From assembly GCA_039798785.1 (NCBI GenBank), contig JBDKFG010000025.1, positions 2,776 to 65,027 on the forward strand: a stretch of DNA of 62,252 nt. The letters run 5' to 3'. The stretch is from Verrucomicrobiota bacterium. Lineage in GTDB: Bacteria; Verrucomicrobiota; Lentisphaeria; Lentisphaerales; Lentisphaeraceae. Positions 9,378-19,458 of the stretch are shown piece after piece (the first letter of the stretch is position 1; every line of letters begins with the position of its first letter). Made by a program: the position numbers and the translations under genes. The notes below the pieces were generated by a model. The model did not search any database, was not told the origin of the DNA, and saw only the letters and a list, made by a program, of their open reading frames with translations.

Positions 9378-9797
9378 ATGAGAGAAAAGATTTCAGCTTG
9401 GATCAAGCATCTGCAGGATTTTCACGAGGATTTGAATCTCAAGGGTGGCGCCCTGCGTCACCTCACCTTGTGCCGTCACAAAGGACTGCATCTGGAGGTG
9501 GTCCAGACTGCGGAGGGGCTGAACTTCTGCCTCGACATGGCCGAGGGCCAGAAGATCCGGGAGCGGATCAGCGCGCGTGAGCTGCATCGCTTTCTGGCGA
9601 CGGCTCAGAAGACCTTGCGGACCCATCATCATCACGATGCCCGTCTTGGCTCCTGGCATTACGCGTTGGACTGGCATCAGCAACAGCTGAAGATCAATTT
9701 CTATCGTTTCATGGAGTCGATCCATGTCACTGTCAATGCTGACGAGCTGCTGAAGCCGGAGCATCTGCCGAAGGAATTCGGGCACCAGGAGGCCTAG
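9378..9797 (+). CDS. Hypothetical His-rich protein
   Basis: ORF with GGAG RBS and host-like codon usage; no recognised motif. Confidence 0.65.
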   Translation: MREKISAWIKHLQDFHEDLNLKGGALRHLTLCRHKGLHLEVVQTAEGLNFCLDMAEGQKIRERISARELHRFLATAQKTLRTHHHHDARLGSWHYALDWHQQQLKINFYRFMESIHVTVNADELLKPEHLPKEFGHQEA

Positions 9798-9841
9798 CCC
9801 AGCCTTGAATCCGAAGTGCACCCGTGGCGCCGGGGCGATGA

Positions 9842-11614
9842 TCAGGGGATGAAACCGCCGGTTTGGGTCATCCAGAGCCTTGAATACAAGCCGCCGCGGG
9901 CGATCAGCGAGGCGTGGTCGCCATCCTCGATGATGCGTCCTTGATCAAAGACCAGGATGCGATCCATCTTGGCTATGGTGGACAAGCGATGGGCAATGAC
10001 CAAGACAGTGCGGTTGACCATCATCTTTTCGAGGCTTTCCTGGATGAGTCGTTCGGATTCCGAGTCGAGAGCAGAAGTGGCCTCATCCAGGACAAGGATG
10101 GGAGCATCCTTGAGGATGGCGCGAGCGATGGCGATGCGTTGGCGTTGGCCGCCGGAAAGTTTGATGCCTCTTTCGCCGACGATGGTGGCATAGGCTTCGG
10201 GGCGGGTGCTGATGAAATCATCGCAGAAGGCTTCGCGCGCCGCTGCGATGACTTCATCATCGCTGGCTTCGGGGCGGCCGTAACGGATGTTGTCCATCAA
10301 GCTGCGGTGGAAGAGCATCGGCTCCTGGGGGATCATCGCGATGTGGCGATGCAGGGAGTCTTGGGTGACGGCACGCAGATCCTGACCTGAAATCTGGATT
10401 GATCCCTGATCGATGTCATTGAGACGGAGAAGGAGATTGACGAAGGTGGTCTTGCCGGCGCCGGAGGGACCGACAAGGCCGACCTTTTGTCCTGCGGGGA
10501 TGTGAAGGTTGAGACTTTTGAAGATCTGGTTGCCGCCGGGGTGAGTGAAGGCGACGTCGTGAAAGTCGATGCAGGCGTTTTCCAGGCGGAGCTTGTCGGC
10601 ATCGGGAGCGTCAGTCAGGTCGTGAGGCTTGACGATGGTGGCAACGCCGTCATTGATATTGCCAAGATGTTCGAAGAATTCGAGAAAGCGGCGGGACAAG
10701 CCGCTGGCGTCGTGGACGAGAGCGGTGCTCAAGCCGAAGACGAGGGCGAAGACCCCGAGGGAGATCTCTTCTTTCTGCCAGAGTTTGAGCGCGTAAAGGA
10801 TCATGAAGATCAGGAGCGAATAAGATGCGAGGAACTGGAACCAGCGCATCAGCTCCATGAACCAGAAATTCCGACGCGCCATCTTGAGTTCGTGCTCAAG
10901 GGCGGCATCCAGGAGTTTCTGTTCGTGGGTTTGGCCGGCGAAGAGCCGCACGGTCAGCTGGTTGCTGACGGCATCGACGACTTTTCCGGATACAGCCGAG
11001 CGGGCGGCGGCAAAGTCCTTGGCGAGGAGGCGGCAGCGGCGGGCGAGGAGAAAGGAAATGGAGACATAGAGGAGAAGCCAGGTTCCGAGCCAGAGGGCGA
11101 GGCTGGAATGGGCGAAGGCCAGGAGGGTGATCGAGACGCTGAAGGAGACAATGACGGGCCAGAAGTCGAACATCAAGGTCCACAAGGTGTGATTGACCGC
11201 GGTCGCGGTTTCCGAGATTCGGTTGGCGAGGGCGCCGGCGAACTGGTTGGCGAAGAAGCGCTGGGAGTGATCCTGGAGATATCGGAAAAGCGTCCGGCGG
11301 GTGCGGTTGCGCAGGACGGGGCCGATCAAGACCAGCAAGGTTCCGGAGGCGCGGGAGGCGAGAACCAGGGCGACGCTGAGGAGGATGAATTGCAGCAGCA
11401 GGCTCGTCACCTTGTCGGGGAGACTGTCACCGAGCAGGGCCGGGTTCAGGGTCTTCATCGTATCGATCAGGGAGGAGATGGTCGCGGCGATCAGCCCCGG
11501 GCAGGCGGCCTGCACGGTTTCAAAAAGAAGCATGAAGCCAAGTCCGATCCGGTAGTGGCGGATGAAATGGAGTGCGAAGGCGAAGGGGCGATCGGGAATG
11601 GGATGGTTTGGCAT
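9842..11614 (-). CDS. ABC transporter fused permease/ATPase (MsbA/MdlB-like exporter)
   Basis: TM domain, Walker A GPSGAGKT, LSGGQRQRIAIARA, LVLDEATSALD, IAHRLST. Confidence 0.93.
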   Translation of the reverse strand: MPNHPIPDRPFAFALHFIRHYRIGLGFMLLFETVQAACPGLIAATISSLIDTMKTLNPALLGDSLPDKVTSLLLQFILLSVALVLASRASGTLLVLIGPVLRNRTRRTLFRYLQDHSQRFFANQFAGALANRISETATAVNHTLWTLMFDFWPVIVSFSVSITLLAFAHSSLALWLGTWLLLYVSISFLLARRCRLLAKDFAAARSAVSGKVVDAVSNQLTVRLFAGQTHEQKLLDAALEHELKMARRNFWFMELMRWFQFLASYSLLIFMILYALKLWQKEEISLGVFALVFGLSTALVHDASGLSRRFLEFFEHLGNINDGVATIVKPHDLTDAPDADKLRLENACIDFHDVAFTHPGGNQIFKSLNLHIPAGQKVGLVGPSGAGKTTFVNLLLRLNDIDQGSIQISGQDLRAVTQDSLHRHIAMIPQEPMLFHRSLMDNIRYGRPEASDDEVIAAAREAFCDDFISTRPEAYATIVGERGIKLSGGQRQRIAIARAILKDAPILVLDEATSALDSESERLIQESLEKMMVNRTVLVIAHRLSTIAKMDRILVFDQGRIIEDGDHASLIARGGLYSRLWMTQTGGFIP

Positions 11615-11752
11615 GGAATCCGGGAGGCGACGGGTTGTGTTGGCGACGGCAGCAGGTGTAAAGACGGCACCCCGCTGGAATTGTCGATGCCGGGGCGATG
11701 ATTATTGCCAACTTAGCGAGTCAATATCAATAGTCTCTCACTCGTTCGAATG

Positions 11753-11776
11753 TCACAAATGCTGAGGCATTTGTGA
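11753..11776. promoter_or_regulatory. Perfect 10-bp inverted repeat upstream of the ABC exporter (possible operator)
   Basis: TCACAAATGC-tgag-GCATTTGTGA; AT-rich, no U-tract. Confidence 0.35.
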
Positions 11777-11849
11777 ATCTGCCCTGTCGCCCGCCGGAGG
11801 CGGCCTCCCCATATCACTTGGGTTCCGGCTCCGGCGAGTGGCAAGCCAA

Positions 11850-13706
11850 TCAGCGCAGGAGTCCGAGTTGTTGTGCCAGCATCAGCAGTTGCTGAGGCGG
11901 GAGGCTGGCCAGTTGCGCCGGGCTGATCTGCTGCAGGCCTGGGTGAAGCTCTGGCCGGGCGAGTTTGAATTCGCTCAGCAGTTGCCTGAGGCTGGCAGTG
12001 CGCTCCGCGAGACGTTCCGCGAGGTTGGCGGAGTCGCCGGAGGTGGCGGCGTTCTGCTGTGTCGTCTGGTCGAGTTGATTGACGCCGGTGTTGATCTGGC
12101 TGAGAGCGAGGGCCTGTTGTCCGGAGGCGTCGGCGATGGCTTTGACCAGATTGGCGCTGAGACCGGAGGATTTGACGATCTCCTGGAGGGCGCCGGCGGT
12201 GCGGTTGACCGTCTGCGAGCCGTGCTGGACGCTCTTGACTGATCCCTCGATCAAGGTGGTGGTTTCCTTGGCGGCGTTGGCGCTGCGGGCGGCGAGGTTG
12301 CGGACTTCCTCCGCGACCACCGCAAAGCCCTTGCCGTGGACGCCGGCGCGGGCGGCTTCGACGGCGGCGTTGAGGGCGAGGAGATTGGTCTGGAAGGCGA
12401 TCTCGTCGATGACCCGGATGATCCGGGAGATCTGGGTGGAGGAGTCTTCGATGCCTTTCATTGCTTTGAGAAGCTCCTCCATCAAGGCGCGCCCCCGTTC
12501 AGCGGCGGCATTGACTTCGCCGCTGTAGCGGCTGGCTTCGGCGGCGCCTTTGGCATTGGCCTCGGTCTGGCTGGAGAGTTCGTTGACCGAAGCACTGATC
12601 TCTTCGAGGGAGGCGGCCTGTTCGGTGGCGCACTGGCTCATTGCCTGGCTGCCGCGGTTGACCTGATCGGAGACCCGGGCGATTTCATCGGTGGTGGCAG
12701 TGACTTCTCCGAGGATTTCGTTGAGGCCGCGGAGGGCATTGTTGATCTGTTCCTGGAGCTCGGCGTAATCGCCGGCGTAGTGTCCGCGGATCGGGCGGGT
12801 GAGGTCGCGGCTGCCGAGGGCGGCGATGGTGCTGCGGATTTCGGTGAAGGGGCCGGTGAGTTCGCTGACGATGTCGTTGATGTCCTTGACCATGGGCCGG
12901 AATTCCGGGCTGACCGATTCGGCGTGGCCGCGGACCGCGAGGTGGCCGAGGCGGCATTCTTCCAGCATCCGGGCGACTTCCTTGCGGTAGAGGGCGCGGC
13001 CGTTCTCATCGCGCCACTCGGAGCCGAAGCCGATCCGTTTGCCGGTGGAGTCGAGCAGTTCGGTGACGGTGATCGAGAATTCCAGGCCTTCGACCTGGAC
13101 CTCGGCGACCATGGGGAGCGCGCCGGACTGCAAGAGACGGCGCTGCTGCTCGGGATGTTTGTGGAACTGGTCGATGCTGGTGCCGATCACCTTGCGGGGG
13201 TCGAACTGCGGCCAGCGACGGCGCAGCTGCGGGCTGTACTTCTCCAGCATCGCCAGAAGAGAAGGGTTGATTGAGCTGATGTTGAAATCGAGATCGCAGG
13301 TCATGAAGTAGGTGCTGGCGCCTTGGATCATCGAAGCCAGGCGCGCCGCGGCGTCGGCCTGGTCCTTGGCGTCCTTTTCGCGCATGGCGAGGATCCGCTG
13401 CTGTTCGAGGCTGGCTTCAAGTGACTGGTTTACCATCCTGGCATTGGCGAGGAATTCCTGGTGGAAACCTCTTTCGTCTATCCGGCGTTCCTCGCCGGCG
13501 GCGTGGCGACGCAGGCTTTCGCGAGTTTCGACGCCGAAGATCTCGACCTTGTCGATGAAATAGTTGAGAGCGTCGGCCACGTCGCGGACTTCGCGGCTGC
13601 AGCCGCTGTCGGCGTCGTGGAGCCGGAGGACGCGAGCGTCGAGGTCGCCGCGGATGGCGCGTTCAAGGGTGGCCAGGATCTGCCTCAAGCCTTCTTGGTC
13701 GTTCAT
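11850..13706 (-). CDS. Soluble methyl-accepting chemotaxis protein (HAMP-like, Aer2-type PAS, HAMP, signalling domain)
   Basis: [38 protein letters not shown] segment [15 protein letters not shown]...SEW; no TM helix; ATG overlaps the upstream TGA. Confidence 0.92.
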   Translation of the reverse strand: MNDQEGLRQILATLERAIRGDLDARVLRLHDADSGCSREVRDVADALNYFIDKVEIFGVETRESLRRHAAGEERRIDERGFHQEFLANARMVNQSLEASLEQQRILAMREKDAKDQADAAARLASMIQGASTYFMTCDLDFNISSINPSLLAMLEKYSPQLRRRWPQFDPRKVIGTSIDQFHKHPEQQRRLLQSGALPMVAEVQVEGLEFSITVTELLDSTGKRIGFGSEWRDENGRALYRKEVARMLEECRLGHLAVRGHAESVSPEFRPMVKDINDIVSELTGPFTEIRSTIAALGSRDLTRPIRGHYAGDYAELQEQINNALRGLNEILGEVTATTDEIARVSDQVNRGSQAMSQCATEQAASLEEISASVNELSSQTEANAKGAAEASRYSGEVNAAAERGRALMEELLKAMKGIEDSSTQISRIIRVIDEIAFQTNLLALNAAVEAARAGVHGKGFAVVAEEVRNLAARSANAAKETTTLIEGSVKSVQHGSQTVNRTAGALQEIVKSSGLSANLVKAIADASGQQALALSQINTGVNQLDQTTQQNAATSGDSANLAERLAERTASLRQLLSEFKLARPELHPGLQQISPAQLASLPPQQLLMLAQQLGLLR

Positions 13707-14125
13707 CAGCGCACCTCCTCTGCCAGCCACTGACGGTAGAGCGGGAGCACGGCATTGACCTGGGCTTCCGTCGGACGGCGTCGCATCGAGGTGTAGCCGG
13801 TGATCGAGCCTTTTTCGAGGATCGGCACGACGTAGGCGTCGACCCAGTAGTAGGAGCCGTCCTTGCAGAGGTTTTTGACGATGCCGCGCCACTCCTTGCC
13901 GGCCTTGATGGTGGTCCAGAGATCTTTGAATGCGGCCTTGGGCATGTCGGGGTGACGGATCATGTTGTGAGGCTGGCCGAGAAGCTCGTTTTCGCTGTAA
14001 CCGGAGATCTCGAGGAAGACGCGGTTGACATAGGTGATGATGCCTTTCGGGTCCGTCTTGCTGACGATGAAGTCGCCGGTGTCGAGCAGCTTTTCGCGAT
14101 CAATCGGGCGGATGCTGGGACGCAT
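13706..14125 (-). CDS. Stand-alone Aer/CetB-type FAD-binding PAS protein
   Basis: [51 protein letters not shown]. Confidence 0.9.
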   Translation of the reverse strand: MRPSIRPIDREKLLDTGDFIVSKTDPKGIITYVNRVFLEISGYSENELLGQPHNMIRHPDMPKAAFKDLWTTIKAGKEWRGIVKNLCKDGSYYWVDAYVVPILEKGSITGYTSMRRRPTEAQVNAVLPLYRQWLAEEVR

Positions 14126-14297
14126 GGAATTCCTCCTTGGGAGTTTGCGCAGGAAAGGCGCAAGGACCGTGCAAGTTTTAGAGAAATGCAGTGAACGAGG
14201 CGAATTTTCCCAGTCTCAGGCCGGGATCATCCGGAGGCGGATGCGAGGGGCCCGACATGCTCCGGAATCGGTTGCGGCGAGGCCGATTCCGGAGGAC

Positions 14298-14340
14298 GCA
14301 AAAAGCGCCGCCAGTCGTGTGACTGGCGGCGGATTTTTGC
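14298..14340. terminator. Bidirectional intrinsic terminator
   Basis: gcaaaaa..cgccgccagtc-gtgt-gactggcggcg..tttttgc just downstream of the DUF1080 gene. Confidence 0.75.
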
Positions 14341-14354
14341 GCTCTGCGCAAGGC

Positions 14355-15008
14355 TCAGAGCTCGCGGATGCGGATCTTGCGGTAGCTGACTTTGTCGCCG
14401 TGGTCTTGCAGGCCGATGGGGCCGGCGGCGGCGGTGCCGAAGCCTTTCCAGGTTTTGAATTTGCTCTTGCCGAGGAGCTCCTGCCACTTGTCGGAGCCGA
14501 TGTCGAGCTCGGCGGTCTTGACGCCGTTGAGCCAGGTTTCGATGTGGGTGCCTTTGCAGAGGATGCGGACCTGATTCCATTCACCGGCGGGCTTGGCGAG
14601 CTTGGGGTCGGCGGCGATCATGTCGTAGAGGCTGCCGGCGAGGTGGGAGGGGATTTTGTTGTCGGGGTGTTTGACGTTGTCGAGCACCTGCATTTCGAGG
14701 GCGGTCTGGTAGTAGGGATTGCTTTTGGCGTCGCCGCGGAAGAAGATGCCGGAGTTGCCGCCTTCGGCGATGTTCCATTCCAGTTCGAGCTCGAAGTCGC
14801 CGTAGCTCTTGGTGGAGATGAGGTCCTTGGCGCCGCGCTTGTTCCAGGAGATGACGCCGTCTTTTTCGACCCAGGAATCGGCTTTGAGGCCGGCTTCGCC
14901 GAGGCTGTGGAAGTCGGCAAGCTTGAGCTCGGTCCAGGGTTTTTCGGCAGGGGTGGTGGCGCAGCTCAGCAGAAGGCCGAGGGAGAGGAGGAGGGCGGGA
15001 GTTTTCAT
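14355..15008 (-). CDS. DUF1080 (3-keto-disaccharide hydrolase family) lipoprotein
   Basis: Lipobox LLSC; YGDFELELEW, GNSGIF, EMQVLD, GSLYD, GEWN, GPIGLQDHG. Confidence 0.92.
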   Translation of the reverse strand: MKTPALLLSLGLLLSCATTPAEKPWTELKLADFHSLGEAGLKADSWVEKDGVISWNKRGAKDLISTKSYGDFELELEWNIAEGGNSGIFFRGDAKSNPYYQTALEMQVLDNVKHPDNKIPSHLAGSLYDMIAADPKLAKPAGEWNQVRILCKGTHIETWLNGVKTAELDIGSDKWQELLGKSKFKTWKGFGTAAAGPIGLQDHGDKVSYRKIRIREL

Positions 15009-15023
15009 GGGCGATTCCTTGGA

Positions 15024-18000
15024 TTATTTCTTGTTGTCTTTCTTGGTCTTTTCGAGCCAGTGCCAGAGATCCGTAAGCTGGTCATCGTTGAGTCCGTAGG
15101 GAGGCATCTTGGTGCCGTTCCAGTAGCGTTGCGGGGTTTTCATCCAGCGGACGTAGTGTTCGTAGTTCATGCGTTCGCTGGTGTGGGCGAGGTTGACGCC
15201 TTCGCATTCGAAGGCTGCGGTGGGCTTGGCCGAGCCGACGCTGTGGCAGATGGCGCAGGCGTAGGTCTTGGCGATTTCAGCGCCTTTGGCGGCCTTGGCC
15301 TCGTCGAATTTCGGTTCCTTGCCGAGGAAGCCGGCGCCGGCTGTGCGGCGCATGGCGAAGACGGCGAGATCGGCCTGGGCCTTGGGGAAGGCGGGCATGC
15401 GCATCAAGAGCCAGGGACGCTCGCTCTTCTTGCGTTCACCTTTGAGGGCAGCGGCGAAGTACTTTTCGTCGAGTTTTTCGGCGAAGAGGCTCATCGGCGG
15501 GCGGGACTGGTCGACGAGGTGTTGTTCGTGGGTGAGGAGGTGCTTGGTTTCGCCGTGGAAGCCGGCGAGGCGCTCCTGGGTGCCGTTGTGGGCGTGGCAG
15601 GCGGCGCACTGCATCTTCTCGACCAGGCGCAGACCGGCTTCGCGACGGTCCTGGTTCGCGAGCGATTTAACACCTTCGGCGAGGAAGGTCTTGAGCGCGG
15701 CGGCGTCCTCAGCCTTGAGGCTGTAATCCGCGGTGGAGCACTTGTCCTTGCCGCTGAGCTTGGCGAGCGCTGTCGCTTTTGGAGCGGCGCCATCGTGGCA
15801 TTGGGCGCAGCCGACGGAGGCGTAGAGCTCCTTGCCGCGGGCGACGTCGCCCGCGTCGACGGCGGCGGACTTCTCGAGCGAGCTGCCGAGCAGCCAGGCG
15901 GCGAGGTTGGCGCTTTCGACCTCACTGAGCTTGAAGTCGGGCATGCGGATGTCGCTGTTGTGCGCCTTGGGATTCTTCAGGAAGGAGACGAGTCCGGCGG
16001 CGGTGAATTTCTGGGCGACGCGGTGCAGGGGGATGCGGCCGGCGGCGGCGGTGGCGGAGGAGGGGAGGCTGTGGCAGGCGATGCAACCGAGGTTGTGGAA
16101 GCTTTCGCCGCCGAGCTTGGCGTCGCCGTTTGTCGCTGCCGCCGGGCTTCCTTGGCTGGCGAGGTAGCTGGCGATGTCGAGGGCGTCCTTCTCATTTTTG
16201 ACCAGGGCCGGCATGGCGGTGTCGTGGCGCAGCTTGTGAGGATTGAGAATCCAATGGGCGAGCCAGTCGCGGTTGAAGCGAGCCCCCGCGTCCTTCAGGT
16301 CGGGCAAGGCGAGGTCGAGCTCGGGCATGCCCTTGCCGGCTTCGACGCCGTTGCCGTGGCACTTGCTGCAGGCGAGATCGGCGACCAGTTCGCGACCGCG
16401 GCGGAGCTGGGCGCTTTTGGCAAGGGCGACGTCGGGCTCGTGGAAGAGGATTTCGGCCGGGATGGCTTCCTGCGGGAATTTGTCCGAGCTCCAGAGGAGG
16501 CGGAAGCCGGAGCCGCCGTCGCCGCGGCTTTCGATTTCGATGACCAGTTCGTGGTCTCCTGGTTCGAGTTTCACGGCGCGTCCCTGAGTCGAAAGCGTCT
16601 GGAGGAATTGCAGGACCGGGGTGCCGTCGACGCGGACCGTCATCTGGCCGGAGTGGGGCGAGTTGAAGACGGCGGTGATCGGGTCCTTGATTCTGATGAA
16701 TCCGCGCAGGGTGGTCTTGGTGGCTCCCCGGTAGGGACCGAGGAAGGCGGAATGAGCTTCGTCTTCGCGCACTTCCCAAGCGGCGTTCGGGGTGGTGAAG
16801 ACGTCCTTGCCGGCGGGGGATTCCACCGTGACCTTGAGACCGGCGGCGAGATCCTTCTTGAAGGGCTCGGGCTTGGCGATTTCGGGGTGGGTGATGGCGG
16901 CGGGGTCGCTGGGCATCTGGTTGACGGTGCCGTAGATCTCGTATTCCAGGGCTTCGCCGGAGGCGGCGCTGATGCTGGAGGCGAGGCTCATCTGGTGGCA
17001 GACTTTCATGTTGGGGATGTCGAGGAAGACCGTCTTGCCGTCGGCGAGGAGGGTGGCGGAGCGGACCCAGACGCGGTCGCGGTTGGAGTAGCCCTTGGAC
17101 TGTTCGGTGTAGGCCTTTTTCATCAGCTCCGTCTCGGGATTATCGACGGAGAACTCGCCGGAGCCGTAGGCCTTGCCCCAGACGTAGTTCCAGCGGGAGA
17201 CCGAGTAGTTTCCGGCCTTTTCGGCGCTGGCCTTGTCGAGCGGGCAGGTCCAGGTGACGTAGGCGCCCTTGTCGGTGAACTTGAGTTCCTTGGGCATGCG
17301 CACGGGCTGGCCGGTGTAGCGGACGCGCTGGAAGGCGGTGAGGCGGGCGGCGGTGGTCTGCCAGCCTTGCAGGCCGGTGACGTAGAGCTGGCCGTCCTTG
17401 GCGTTGAAGCGCGAGCGCATCGAGCCGGAGGCGAGGTTGACTCCGATGCGGTAGACGCCGCCCTGGACCTGGTTGTCGGGGAGGTCCTGGCGCATCACCT
17501 TCATCAGGAAGCAGGTGCCGTAGGAGAGGTGCAGCATGTCGCCGGAGAAGGGGCCCCAGCGGTCATCGGGGACCCAGCACTGGTCGCCGTTGGAGTTGTC
17601 CATCGACATCGGGATCCAGCACAGGGGAGGGGTGAGCTTGTCGGATTTCTCGCCCTGGGCGGTGTCGGGGACGGAGGCGAACTTGCCGGCCTTGAACCAC
17701 TGGATGCGGCCGGTGGGGACGGCGGTGCCTTCGTTTTCGCCGGCGGTGATCTCGCCTTTGGGGCCGACGCCGATGCCGTTGGGGGCGCGCAGGCCGGTGC
17801 CGACGACTTCCATCTTGGAGCCGTCCTTGCTGACCTTCATGATGGTGCCGTTGTGCGGAACGATGGTGTCGAAGCCCTTGCCGCCGCCCTTCACCGGGCC
17901 GCCCTTGGAGAAGTAGAAGTTGCCTTCCGGGTCGGTCTTCAGGTCGAAGGCGAACTCATGGAAGTTGCGGGTGGTCATGACGTCGTTGTTGAAGCACTCG

Positions 18001-19211
18001 TAGCGGTCGGCCTCGCCGTCGGCGTTGTCGTCGTGCAGGCGGGTGAGCTGGTCGCGGCCGTGGACGATGACCTTGTCGCCCTCGATTTTCAGGCCGAGGG
18101 TTTCGTAGAGGCCGGTGGCGTAGCGTTTCCAGGTGATCTTGTCGAACTTGTCGTCGATGCCCGAGACGATCCAGACGTCGCCGTTCCAGGTGCAGACTGC
18201 GGCGGTGCTGCCGTCGGCGAAGAAGTCGAAGGCGCCGATGCGCATCTTCGATTCCCAGGGGTTGTCGAAGGGCACCGGGATGTCATCGACGACATAGGCG
18301 GAGTGGTTGGCGGCGATCTCGCCTTTGACCGTGAGGATCTGGGGGTAGAGGCCTTGGCCGGGGGTGAGGAGATTGGTCAGGTCTTGGGGTGAGGCAAGTT
18401 GGCTCAACGCGGCCATGGTGGACCTGGAGATGCCGATGCGGGCCTTGGCGGCTTTGTCGCCCTTGGGAAAGAGGACGCAGAGGCGGCCTTCGTGGAGGAC
18501 AAACTTGGCGCCGCAGTCGGAGGTCAGTCCGAGGACGAGGTTCTGGCCATTAGCCGACTTGCCGCTGGCGCTGAGGCCGCCTTCGGCGATGGCGGGGAGC
18601 TCCTTGCCGTCCATCAGGGCGAGGTAGAGATCTTCGCTGCGTTCACCGACATTGAGGTCGCGGAAGACCGCGCCGTCTTTGGTGCTGGGGTGATCGGCGA
18701 CGCTGGTGCTGCCGACGGTGTATTGGAAAGTGATGTCCTCGCCGTGGCGGACCAGGCCTTTGTATTTGGCCCAGTCGCTGGGGATGCGGCCGGACTTGAT
18801 CGGGCGGGGATCCTTGAAGCTGCCGCCCTTGGACCAGCCGGGGAGATCGCTGGTGCCGAGGAGCTCATCGCCGGAGGTTTCCATGGTGCCGCCGTGGGCG
18901 CCGTTGTAGGGCGTGCCGTTGCGCTTGGTGCGGCCTTGGAAGACGCAGGCACCGCGGAGGAGGTCGGTGTCGAAGGCGAAGGTCATGGGAGCGGCGTCGC
19001 CGCCCATCTCTACGTTGATCGACTTGAGGGCATCGGTCTTGGTGGACTGGACGTGCAGGACACCGGTGATGAAGGGGCCGTAATCCATCTTGTTCCACCA
19101 CTCGCCCTTGCGGGCTTTGACCAGGGCGGCGTGGTCCTGGATCGGGGTTTCTTCAGCGGCGCCGAGGCCGAGGGAGAGGAGGAAGGAAAGGGCGAAGAAG
19201 GGTCTGATCAT
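15024..19211 (-). CDS. Large exported DUF6797/beta-propeller dehydrogenase-like protein fused to a PA14-like domain and pentahaem cytochrome c
   Basis: Signal peptide; MDYGPF, DGEADRYE, GLRAPNG, LYVTGLQGWQT; five CxxCH motifs (CSKCH, CIACH, CAQCH, CAACH, CAICH). Confidence 0.8.
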   Translation of the reverse strand: MIRPFFALSFLLSLGLGAAEETPIQDHAALVKARKGEWWNKMDYGPFITGVLHVQSTKTDALKSINVEMGGDAAPMTFAFDTDLLRGACVFQGRTKRNGTPYNGAHGGTMETSGDELLGTSDLPGWSKGGSFKDPRPIKSGRIPSDWAKYKGLVRHGEDITFQYTVGSTSVADHPSTKDGAVFRDLNVGERSEDLYLALMDGKELPAIAEGGLSASGKSANGQNLVLGLTSDCGAKFVLHEGRLCVLFPKGDKAAKARIGISRSTMAALSQLASPQDLTNLLTPGQGLYPQILTVKGEIAANHSAYVVDDIPVPFDNPWESKMRIGAFDFFADGSTAAVCTWNGDVWIVSGIDDKFDKITWKRYATGLYETLGLKIEGDKVIVHGRDQLTRLHDDNADGEADRYECFNNDVMTTRNFHEFAFDLKTDPEGNFYFSKGGPVKGGGKGFDTIVPHNGTIMKVSKDGSKMEVVGTGLRAPNGIGVGPKGEITAGENEGTAVPTGRIQWFKAGKFASVPDTAQGEKSDKLTPPLCWIPMSMDNSNGDQCWVPDDRWGPFSGDMLHLSYGTCFLMKVMRQDLPDNQVQGGVYRIGVNLASGSMRSRFNAKDGQLYVTGLQGWQTTAARLTAFQRVRYTGQPVRMPKELKFTDKGAYVTWTCPLDKASAEKAGNYSVSRWNYVWGKAYGSGEFSVDNPETELMKKAYTEQSKGYSNRDRVWVRSATLLADGKTVFLDIPNMKVCHQMSLASSISAASGEALEYEIYGTVNQMPSDPAAITHPEIAKPEPFKKDLAAGLKVTVESPAGKDVFTTPNAAWEVREDEAHSAFLGPYRGATKTTLRGFIRIKDPITAVFNSPHSGQMTVRVDGTPVLQFLQTLSTQGRAVKLEPGDHELVIEIESRGDGGSGFRLLWSSDKFPQEAIPAEILFHEPDVALAKSAQLRRGRELVADLACSKCHGNGVEAGKGMPELDLALPDLKDAGARFNRDWLAHWILNPHKLRHDTAMPALVKNEKDALDIASYLASQGSPAAATNGDAKLGGESFHNLGCIACHSLPSSATAAAGRIPLHRVAQKFTAAGLVSFLKNPKAHNSDIRMPDFKLSEVESANLAAWLLGSSLEKSAAVDAGDVARGKELYASVGCAQCHDGAAPKATALAKLSGKDKCSTADYSLKAEDAAALKTFLAEGVKSLANQDRREAGLRLVEKMQCAACHAHNGTQERLAGFHGETKHLLTHEQHLVDQSRPPMSLFAEKLDEKYFAAALKGERKKSERPWLLMRMPAFPKAQADLAVFAMRRTAGAGFLGKEPKFDEAKAAKGAEIAKTYACAICHSVGSAKPTAAFECEGVNLAHTSERMNYEHYVRWMKTPQRYWNGTKMPPYGLNDDQLTDLWHWLEKTKKDNKK

Positions 19212-19458
19212 GAGGGGCTCCTGTGCAATTAGGCCGTTAGGCGACTTGGCTAAGAAACGACTCGAGATTAAAGGTTCCGTTGTCGGGTTTTTTACTTGGG
19301 CTTGTCGCGTTGCTTGAGGGGCATTCACTTGGCAGAGACGCTTTCACCGCGGGTTCTGAGCCTATTTGTGTCACATGCGATTGTTTGGCTGAGTGGTTTT
19401 TGATTCGGAATACGCGTTTATGACAGTTTCCCCAAGGCGCTCCGCTCCTAACGTGGTT

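Noticed and set aside
13707..13892. ORF-track N-terminal extension of the MCP
   Set aside because: Overlaps the PAS gene in another frame; GGAGG RBS and TGATG coupling support the start at 13706.
14160..14174. Sigma54-like TTGCAC-N5-TTGC upstream of the PAS gene
   Set aside because: Lacks the invariant GG at -24.
14034..18392. 1452-aa plus-strand ORF
   Set aside because: Antisense shadow of the DUF1080 and cytochrome genes.
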